A model generated the notes under the pieces. The model searched no databases. It had not been told where the DNA came from and saw only the letters and a program-made list of their open reading frames with translations. The position numbers were made by a program, and so were the translations under genes. This document shows, piece after piece, positions 14,570 through 20,145 of a stretch of 32,000 bases of DNA. Within the stretch, counting starts at the first letter, position 1. Each line of letters starts with the position of its first letter. The DNA comes from Fibrobacter succinogenes subsp. succinogenes S85. Lineage in GTDB: Bacteria > Fibrobacterota > Fibrobacteria > Fibrobacterales > Fibrobacteraceae. The stretch spans positions 2,190,001 through 2,222,000 of the forward strand of contig NC_017448.1 of the NCBI RefSeq assembly GCF_000146505.1, written 5' to 3'.

Positions 14570-15215
14570 TATTACCTCGGGTGACTAGAGCGTACACCTG
14601 TTCTTCTTCTGGAAGTTCATACTTCTGGATATGCACTTTCGGATCGTTTTCCAAATGGGCAATATTGTTGAAGCTCTTCAGCGTGACAAAAACACCACCA
14701 CGCTTGAGACCTGCCTGGGCGCGTTCCCAGTCGTTTTCAAAAGTCGAGAGGGCGCGGCAGCTGATAAAATCAAGGTCGGTGAGGCCGGAAGTTTCAAAGC
14801 GCTTGCCGACGACGGTCAAGTTGTCCAAGTGGAGCTTTTCCTTGACCATCTGCATAAAGTTCACGCGCATGTGGCGTGGTTCGACAGCATAGAACTGCAC
14901 GTTCGGCATGGCAATTGCAAGCGGAAAAACTGGGCAACCTGCTCCAGCACCCATATCTGCCCAGCGTACAGTGTCATCCTGAGTGGACAGTGTTTTTCCT
15001 AAAAACACAAAGGGAACGAGAGAGTCGGCAATGTGCCTGCTTAAAAACTTTTCAGAATCCTTTGCCGAAATCAAGTTACCATATTCCTTGGTGTCCACCA
15101 CCAAGTCTGCAAACTGGTAAAGCTTGTCGAGAGTCTCTTCGGACAGCTGCACGCCATGTCCCGAAAGGAACTGGTTCAAAAGATCTTGCTGCGCTTTGTT
15201 AGTTCTATAACTCAA
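14562..15215 (-). CDS. rsmG: 16S rRNA (guanine527-N7)-methyltransferase RsmG (GidB)
   Basis: SAM-binding DMGAGAGCPVFPLAI. Typical length and typical position immediately upstream of parA (8-nt overlap). Apparent TTG start at 15213-15215. Confidence 0.9.
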   Translation of the reverse strand: MSYRTNKAQQDLLNQFLSGHGVQLSEETLDKLYQFADLVVDTKEYGNLISAKDSEKFLSRHIADSLVPFVFLGKTLSTQDDTVRWADMGAGAGCPVFPLAIAMPNVQFYAVEPRHMRVNFMQMVKEKLHLDNLTVVGKRFETSGLTDLDFISCRALSTFENDWERAQAGLKRGGVFVTLKSFNNIAHLENDPKVHIQKYELPEEEQVYALVTRGNNE

Positions 15216-15242
15216 GTTTTCTCTTTTTGTGATATGGAAAAA

Positions 15243-15322
15243 TGTTTGGACACTTCGTGTCCAACATGCTCATGCTCGGTCATGCCGGTGTACAAGCACC
15301 CCGTCGCGACACTCGCTATCGC
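15243..15322. repeat. Three-hairpin element, copy 1 (GGACAC hairpin - linker - ACAAG-loop hairpin - small hairpin)
   Basis: TGTTTGGACAC-TTC-GTGTCCAACA (15243-15266), linker ..GCTCGGTCAT.., GGTGT-ACAA-GCACC (15287-15300), GCGA-CAC-TCGC. The same order and similar spacing are seen at 15895-15972. Confidence 0.7.
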
Positions 15323-15407
15323 ATGTTTGCTCCTTCGGAGCCAACTTGCTGCACCTCGGAAATGTCGGTAAACAAGTTTCCCGCCGCTTCCTCGGTTTGC
15401 AATTGTT
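15323..15407 (+). repeat. 85-bp direct repeat, copy A
   Basis: 84/85 identical to 15814-15898. Begins with the hairpin TGTTTGCTCC-TTC-GGAGCCAAC. Its last 4 nt (TGTT) are also the first 4 nt of parS at 15404. Confidence 0.9.
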
Positions 15408-15419
15408 TCACGTGGAACA
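15404..15419. other. parS: parS centromere-like site, TGTTTCACGTGGAACA
   Basis: 15/16 match to the palindromic consensus TGTTTCACGTGAAACA, and identical to the reverse complement of the Bacillus subtilis-type TGTTCCACGTGAAACA. Lies 190 bp upstream of rsmG-parAB. Confidence 0.85.
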
Positions 15420-15544
15420 TTTTTGACTATCATATTCCGATTTGAAATTTAGTATAACTTTTTTAGAAAACAATTAACAAACTCCCCCGCTCCCTAAAAT
15501 TCATAAAATATATGTTGATAACATTTTGATAAATGTTGAGAAAC

Positions 15545-15795
15545 TGTTAAGCCGAATGCTGCGAAATGTATGCTTGCATACATTTCATAGCTGAGGCGCC
15601 AGTTTCGCGCTTGCGCAAATGTTGTTAAGGCGAGAGTTGCGGAAAGCATGCTTGCATGCTTTCCATAACCGAGCCGACCAACATAGCGCTTGCGCAGAAC
15701 TTGTTAAGGTGAGAGTCGCAAAAATAAGCTTGCTTATTTTTATGACCGAACCGCTGAGTTCGCGCTTGCGCAAAAATTGTTAAGGTGAGAGTCGC
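15545..15795 (+). repeat. Tandem array, about 3.3 units of 76-79 bp, each with two CTTG-loop hairpins
   Basis: Unit landmarks TGTTAAG at 15545/15623/15702/15778. Long-hairpin loops (CTTG) at 15573, 15651 and 15729 are exactly 78 nt apart. The conserved short hairpin GCG-CTTG-CGC is at 15607, 15686 and 15762. The GAGAGTYGC motif is at 15632, 15711 and 15787. Confidence 0.85.
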
Positions 15796-15813
15796 TTTGT
15801 TTTTGTTTGGACT

Positions 15814-15898
15814 ATGTTTGCTCCTTCGGAGCCAACTTGCTGCACCTCGGAAATGTCGGTAAACAAGTTTCCCGCCGCTTTCTCGGTTTGCAATTGTT
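15814..15898 (+). repeat. 85-bp direct repeat, copy B
   Basis: One mismatch versus 15323-15407 (C/T at repeat position 68). Preceded by a half palindrome TGTTTGGACTAT (15804-15815) and followed by the GGACAC hairpin at 15898-15916. Confidence 0.9.
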
Positions 15899-15972
15899 AG
15901 GACACTTTGTGTCCTACCTCTTGGGGCTCAGTAATGCCCATACAAGTATGGGCGCTACATTCGCCCTGTAGA
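15895..15972. repeat. Three-hairpin element, copy 2
   Basis: TAGGACAC-TTT-GTGTCCTA (15898-15916), linker ..GCTCAGTAAT.., GCCCATA-CAAG-TATGGGC (15936-15953), CTACA-TTCGCCC-TGTAG. Same architecture as 15243-15322. Confidence 0.7.
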
Positions 15973-15988
15973 GGTTTCACGTGAAACA
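15973..15988. other. parS: parS site, GGTTTCACGTGAAACA
   Basis: 15/16 match to the consensus; only the outermost base differs. It forms the 5' end of a 105-nt structured module (15973-16077). Confidence 0.85.
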
Positions 15989-15995
15989 CAGCCGA

Positions 15996-16077
15996 GGTCA
16001 GAAAGCGAAAAAATGCTTGCATTTTTTTATTTGCTGACCGATGGGTGTTGGACTATGGCTTTGCTATAGTCCAAACA
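15996..16077 (+). repeat. Long A/T hairpin (CTTG loop) plus TGTTGGAC...GTCCAAACA palindrome
   Basis: GGTCAG-AAAGCG-AAAAAATG-CTTG-CATTTTTTT-ATTTG-CTGACC (15996-16039), then TGTTGGACTATGG-CTTT-GCTATAGTCCAAACA (16046-16077). Confidence 0.8.
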
Positions 16078-16078
16078 T

Positions 16079-16106
16079 ATAAAAAATCCTCCCGATTCTG
16101 GGAGGA
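16079..16106 (-). terminator. Intrinsic terminator of the 16132-16851 lipoprotein gene
   Basis: On the minus strand, the hairpin TCCTCCC-AGAATC-GGGAGGA is followed by T6. Confidence 0.75.
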
Positions 16107-16131
16107 TGTTCAAGAAGTTTAAAGCTAAATG

Positions 16132-16851
16132 TTAGCGGTATAAAAAGAAGTAAGTTCCGGTCTTGCGGTCTTCCCCATCTTCCGTATGTGTATCGGTCAG
16201 TGTGACCATCCCGTCTTTAACACCAGTTTCGTAACGATTCCAGGTGTACCAAATGTCGCCACGATGTTCTTTCCTATAGCAGGTATTTTTATCGTTCTCG
16301 TCCATGACAATGATTTCATTATAATCAATTCTGAAAATGGTATCTGTTTTCATGACGTAAGTGATGGTAGATTCGCCGTCTTCGTCGGTGGATGTGGTGG
16401 CCAAGGAATCCCCGTCGAAATAGATGGTCATTGTATTGCTTACATCGCCGACTGTTTCAGTTATTGTCCAAATGTTGCCTTCGTGTACAACTGTAGGTTC
16501 TTGGGTTCTTACAGTGGTCTGGTATGTCCATTCACCATTGCGGAGGTTTGCTTCGTAAGCACTGTCGAGGTGTGTGCCAGTCCAGTATGCTTTATAAATG
16601 TAGATGGATTTGCCTCTATTACTAGCGCTACCCTTGTCCATGTAAAGACTGTCTGGTACTAAACCATGATAATCCTTGTCGTAGATAGAAAGAGTAGATC
16701 TCTTGTAATCGAATACTGTTTGGAGACAGTTGGTGTAGGTATATCCTACAGGATTATTGGTGGGTGAATTATTGACAGGTGCTGTGCTTGATGAATCATC
16801 GCTGCAGGCAACAAATAGTGCTGCTGCTAAAAGAAAAATTTTAGAGTTCAT
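16132..16851 (-). CDS. Hypothetical lipoprotein
   Basis: Lipobox LAAALFVAC followed by a Ser/Asp-rich linker. 239 aa, beta-rich. Confidence 0.7.
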   Translation of the reverse strand: MNSKIFLLAAALFVACSDDSSSTAPVNNSPTNNPVGYTYTNCLQTVFDYKRSTLSIYDKDYHGLVPDSLYMDKGSASNRGKSIYIYKAYWTGTHLDSAYEANLRNGEWTYQTTVRTQEPTVVHEGNIWTITETVGDVSNTMTIYFDGDSLATTSTDEDGESTITYVMKTDTIFRIDYNEIIVMDENDKNTCYRKEHRGDIWYTWNRYETGVKDGMVTLTDTHTEDGEDRKTGTYFFLYR

Positions 16852-16942
16852 AACTCCCCCAAGATATATTTGAAAAGATTAAATAGATAATTAAGTTGTG
16901 TGTAAATCTAATCAAATGGATGAGAAAATGCAAGGATATTTG

Positions 16943-17476
16943 TTAGTGAGCTGGTTTTTGTTCTTGTCGCGAAAAGTTTTCTATGAAGAACGGAAGTGTA
17001 ACCATTTTCAAAAACCATCCAACATTGCGTTGCTTGTTGGTGATTTCAAAAGAAACACCTGCTGTTAACTGAACTAAGAAAATCCCAAATTGTATTCCCA
17101 TTTCTTCAACGAATCCGAACTCTTTAACGGAATAATGGTATTTGTTGTCTTGTCCTTCAGATCTAAGGAACCATTCTATGGCATGACTTTCGGCCAGTGC
17201 AACTCCGGAAAGATTGTTTCCATGCAATATGTACTTTGTTGTTCCGGATGCAAACCACATTCCTCCCAATGCTATTTTCCGTAAGGTACTTTCTTTTGGA
17301 GCTGCCATTCCGAGAATGCCAAATCCTATAAACGATACTGCACTTCCGATTGATAAGTCATTGATTTTCTTGTCACCTTCGGTTCTTTCTAGCCTGCGAT
17401 CAAATCGTAGAAATGTATAGTCTGTAAGTAGTCGGTCGATGCCGAAAAGCTTGCTCCCCATGTCTTGAGCGCTCAT
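16943..17476 (-). CDS. Hypothetical protein, 177 aa (possibly the C-terminal part of a split gene)
   Basis: ATG 17474-17476 overlaps the stop of the upstream 70-aa ORF (ATGA). No signal peptide of its own. Hydrophobic and Gly-rich segments. Confidence 0.5.
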   Translation of the reverse strand: MSAQDMGSKLFGIDRLLTDYTFLRFDRRLERTEGDKKINDLSIGSAVSFIGFGILGMAAPKESTLRKIALGGMWFASGTTKYILHGNNLSGVALAESHAIEWFLRSEGQDNKYHYSVKEFGFVEEMGIQFGIFLVQLTAGVSFEITNKQRNVGWFLKMVTLPFFIENFSRQEQKPAH

Positions 17477-17685
17477 GCAAAATATATCCACTTCAAATCT
17501 TTTGTGGTGGATGTATATCCTATCCCTCCTAAGAATATTACCTGGAAAGGGTTGTATTTGTTTTCGTAGATGTTGCTTAGGTCTATAGAAAAAGTGGAAT
17601 CCTGCACTGGATTTTCCAATACAGATATTTTTGCAAAAGCAAAAGATATAGAGATGAGGAATATGGTAAGAGTCTTTTTAATCAT
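17473..17685 (-). CDS. Small secreted protein, 70 aa (possibly the N-terminal part of a split gene)
   Basis: MIKKTLTIFLISISFAFA signal peptide. The ATG overlaps the stop of the VOC gene (ATGA at 17682-17685). The longer track ORF (to 17907) overlaps the VOC gene and is rejected. Confidence 0.5.
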   Translation of the reverse strand: MIKKTLTIFLISISFAFAKISVLENPVQDSTFSIDLSNIYENKYNPFQVIFLGGIGYTSTTKDLKWIYFA

Positions 17686-18086
17686 ATAGTAATCTCTATT
17701 CTGTTGCCTTCGGGGTCGAGGACGACACTTTCGTAATACCCGTCGCCGGTAGTTCGAGGTTGACCTACAATAGGAGTCCCTTCGGAAGACATTTGTTGGG
17801 TCAGGTGGTCGACCTCTTCTTTTGAACCGACGGAAAAGGAAAGATGGGTAAATCCGAGATGTTCCACGTGAAACATCTCGACAGTCCCAACATTTCGTTC
17901 GACACATATATCAGGGCGGTGCATGACTTCTAGGCGGGCACCATCATCGAAAGTGATGAATCGGCTGGTGAATTGTTTTGCTGGGTTATGGTAAATCGGG
18001 TGGACTACCCCGCCGAAATATTTCCGGTAGAACTCGCATACCTTGTCGATATCTTTAACCCAGATGGCAATATGTTCAATCTTCAT
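17682..18086 (-). CDS. VOC family protein (glyoxalase/bleomycin-resistance/dioxygenase fold)
   Basis: MKIEHIAIWVKDIDKVCEFY...HLSFSV...YYESVVLDPEGNRIEI. Typical size of 134 aa. Confidence 0.8.
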   Translation of the reverse strand: MKIEHIAIWVKDIDKVCEFYRKYFGGVVHPIYHNPAKQFTSRFITFDDGARLEVMHRPDICVERNVGTVEMFHVEHLGFTHLSFSVGSKEEVDHLTQQMSSEGTPIVGQPRTTGDGYYESVVLDPEGNRIEITI

Positions 18087-18143
18087 AAAACCTCTATAAA
18101 CAATATACCTATTTCGAATAGAAAAAATTCCATGAACATATCA

Positions 18144-18159
18144 TGTTTCACGTGAAACA
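18144..18159. other. parS: parS site, TGTTTCACGTGAAACA (perfect consensus)
   Basis: 16/16 palindrome, located in the divergent intergenic region between the VOC gene and the 18298 gene. Confidence 0.9.
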
Positions 18160-18166
18160 CAATCAA

Positions 18167-18265
18167 GAATACCAAGCAAAAACATACTCGTATGTTTTTA
18201 TTTGGTATTCGCAGAGTGTAGGACTACGATGTAATCGTAGTCCCAACACATGAGCCGAGAGTCGC
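18167..18265 (+). repeat. Second copy of the long A/T hairpin + GGAC palindrome module, followed by GAGAGTCGC
   Basis: GAATACCA-AGC-AAAAACATA-CTCG-TATGTTTTT-AT-TTGGTATTC (18167-18210), TGTAGGACTACGAT-GTA-ATCGTAGTCCCAACA (18217-18248), GAGAGTCGC (18257-18265). Confidence 0.8.
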
Positions 18266-18297
18266 AGATTTCTATTATATATTAGTATATTTATCAC

Positions 18298-18834
18298 ATG
18301 AAACTTTATCAATTCTTCCTCCCCTATTTAATTGTCCTTTTCATGGCAAACGCATCCTTTGCCGATGAATCCCAAAAAATAGAAAATGCCGCAGTTAACT
18401 CGAACGGATCCGGCCTTGCACTGATTCCTTGGGATCTATTTATTGGCGGAATGAATAGTTTTGTCGTAGGTGCCGACTGGATATTTGGCAATTTCAATAT
18501 TCTTTATGCTTCGACCTCCCAAGTAAATGAGGTCCCGAAACATTCGTGGGTGTGGACTCTCAGAACCCAGGCTCTTTGGGCGCCTACAATTGGTGCTTAT
18601 TTGCAGCCTACGATACAGTATATGTTTTTTGGTGGACCTTTGACAATGTTCAAGGTTTCGGTCGGACCGGAAATCGGTTATAAAAGGAAAACCGGATTTG
18701 AATATGGTGGGTCTGTCCGCGTAGGTGCATTTATGGATTTGTTGAATTTCGAAATGGGATATTTGGTAAATTCAAAACGAACCTATATGAACATCATTCT
18801 TAACCTTCCTTCGGGTCTCGGAATTTGGGTTTAA
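18298..18834 (+). CDS. Hypothetical secreted protein, 178 aa (beta-rich, possibly a membrane beta-barrel)
   Basis: Signal peptide LIVLFMANASFA. Alternating hydrophobic pattern, aromatic- and Gly-rich. Confidence 0.6.
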   Translation: MKLYQFFLPYLIVLFMANASFADESQKIENAAVNSNGSGLALIPWDLFIGGMNSFVVGADWIFGNFNILYASTSQVNEVPKHSWVWTLRTQALWAPTIGAYLQPTIQYMFFGGPLTMFKVSVGPEIGYKRKTGFEYGGSVRVGAFMDLLNFEMGYLVNSKRTYMNIILNLPSGLGIWV

Positions 18835-18846
18835 AAGGAGGTCCTC

Positions 18847-19350
18847 ATGATCAATATTGAAGTTATCCAGGGTGATATCACCAAGCTTAAAGTCGATGCC
18901 ATCGTGAATGCGGCAAACTGTTCGCTGTTAGGTGGCGGCGGTGTTGATGGGGCAATTCATCGTGCGGCAGGTCCGGAACTTTTGCAGGCGTGTATTCCCC
19001 TGAAAGGTTGCGAAACGGGTCATGCTAAAATCACTCCTGGGTTTAAGCTCCCGGCAAAGTTTGTGATTCATACCCCGGGACCGGTTTATCGTGACGGTCA
19101 GCATGGTGAACCTGCGCTTTTGGAATCGTGCTATAAAAGCTGCCTTGCTCTTGCCGAAGAGAATAATTGTGAGACTGTTGCCTTCCCCGCTATTTCTACC
19201 GGCGTTTATGGATACCCTTGGAAAGAAGCAACCGAAATAGCCGTGAATACGGTCCACGACTATCCTGCACGGAATATCAAGAAGGTCATCTTCTGTTGCT
19301 TCAGCGCGCAAATGAAAAAAATCTATCAAGAAGTTTTGCAGCGAGTTTAG
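18847..19350 (+). CDS. Macro domain protein (O-acetyl-ADP-ribose deacetylase, YmdB/MacroD type)
   Basis: GDITKLKVDAIVNAAN, LLGGGGVDGAIHRAAG, HTPGPVY, FPAISTGVYGYP. Strong SD (AGGAGG). Confidence 0.9.
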   Translation: MINIEVIQGDITKLKVDAIVNAANCSLLGGGGVDGAIHRAAGPELLQACIPLKGCETGHAKITPGFKLPAKFVIHTPGPVYRDGQHGEPALLESCYKSCLALAEENNCETVAFPAISTGVYGYPWKEATEIAVNTVHDYPARNIKKVIFCCFSAQMKKIYQEVLQRV

Positions 19351-19475
19351 CAATAAAGACCGTGGTGACGAAAGGTCGGTAAAAAAGGCGCTTCGTCAGC
19401 AAATCTAATTGCGTCTCTCTATAATACCCCGTTCTTTTTTATATTGTCCACTGTAATTTAAATAAGGAGTATATA

Positions 19476-19874
19476 ATGGAAGAAGTTAAAAACTTTATCA
19501 AGGAATGTGGTGCCTATTTCCTCGCAACGGTTGATGGTGACGAGCCGAAAGTACGCCCGTTCGGTACTATTGAAATTTTTGAGGGCAAGCTCTACATCCA
19601 GACTGGTAAGTCCAAGAACGTTTCGAAGCAGATCCAGAAAAACGGCAAGGTTCAGCTTTGCGCCATGAATAAGACTTGCAATAAGTGGTTGCGCTTGAGC
19701 GGAACGCTCGTCCGTGATGATCGCCGTGAACCCAAGGTCCATATGCTTGAAGCCTACCCTGAACTCAAGCGTATGTATTCCCCGGACGATGAAAACACCG
19801 AAGTTCTCTACTTCAAGGATGCTACCGCCACGTTCTGCAGCTTCACTGAAGCACCGCGTACCATAAAGTTCTAA
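19476..19874 (+). CDS. Pyridoxamine 5'-phosphate oxidase-like FMN-binding family protein
   Basis: 132 aa. YFLATVDGDEPKVRPFG...GKLYIQTGKSK pattern typical of the PNPOx-like split-barrel fold. SD is AAGGAG. Confidence 0.65.
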   Translation: MEEVKNFIKECGAYFLATVDGDEPKVRPFGTIEIFEGKLYIQTGKSKNVSKQIQKNGKVQLCAMNKTCNKWLRLSGTLVRDDRREPKVHMLEAYPELKRMYSPDDENTEVLYFKDATATFCSFTEAPRTIKF

Positions 19875-19890
19875 ATAGTTCTTTTGTTCT

Positions 19891-19905
19891 GCCCCACCTT
19901 GGGGC
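19891..19905 (+). terminator. Possible terminator hairpin GCCCC-ACCTT-GGGGC
   Basis: Lies 17 nt after the 19874 stop and is followed by a T-rich stretch (GTATTCTTT). A T6 tract also occurs at 19942-19947. Confidence 0.45.
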
Positions 19906-20109
19906 GTATTCTTTAGACGCCGAGTTCCCCGCGAGCTTGGCTTTTTTCATATGGAACAATTATAGCGCTCTAAATTTTAATACAACATATATTATGTAGT
20001 TGATAAACTGACTTAATTTTATTAACTATTGAATTTATAAATCAAAAAAAACTGTAAAAATTCATTTTTATTGTTTATAGATAATGAACAATTTTTCTCA
20101 CAATAACTA

Positions 20110-20125
20110 TGTTTCACGTGGAACA
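20110..20125. other. parS: parS site, TGTTTCACGTGGAACA
   Basis: Same 16-mer as at 15404. Lies in an AT-rich 418-bp intergenic region, 11 nt upstream of a perfect DnaA box. Confidence 0.85.
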
Positions 20126-20136
20126 ATTTCAGTTTT

Positions 20137-20145
20137 TGTGGATAA
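20137..20145. promoter_or_regulatory. DnaA box, TGTGGATAA (perfect E. coli-type consensus, reverse orientation)
   Basis: Exact 9-mer. Whether this organism uses this consensus is not known from the window alone. Confidence 0.45.

Noticed and set aside
15404-15419. The TGTTTCACGTG(G/A)AACA palindromes as a transcription-factor operator (CRP/Rex/E-box-like)
   Set aside because: The 16-mer is the well-established chromosomal parS consensus and lies next to parAB. That explanation is sufficient.
15212-15445. Three overlapping 65-73-aa ORFs upstream of rsmG
   Set aside because: They run through hairpins, the 85-bp repeat and parS. They have no SD or recognisable motifs, and they mutually overlap on both strands.
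15545-15795. Possible CRISPR array (about 36-nt repeats separated by about 40-42-nt spacers)
   Set aside because: The repeats are degenerate rather than near-identical. The 'spacers' are themselves related to each other and are hairpins with a shared loop. There are only about 3 units, and no cas genes or leader in the window. It is better described as a 78-nt tandem structured repeat.
15243-16077. Integron attC sites (GTTGGAC / GTCCAAC match GTTRRRY / RYYYAAC core sites)
   Set aside because: The order is inverted relative to attC (GTTRRRY comes first, RYYYAAC last). There are no cassette ORFs between the sites and no intI integrase in the window.
15216-16131. A housekeeping ncRNA (tmRNA, RNase P RNA, SRP RNA, 6S RNA) filling the gap
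   Set aside because: I could not find the conserved cores: no GGGGCTGA...tag ORF...CCA of tmRNA, no GAGGAAAGTCC of RNase P, no SRP domain IV motif. The internal repetition also argues against a single classical RNA. It is not formally excluded without a covariance-model scan.
17686-17907. N-terminal extension of the 70-aa ORF (track ORF 17473-17907)
   Set aside because: The extension is an Arg-rich alternative frame inside the VOC gene. The internal ATG at 17685, with a signal peptide and ATGA coupling, is the sensible start.
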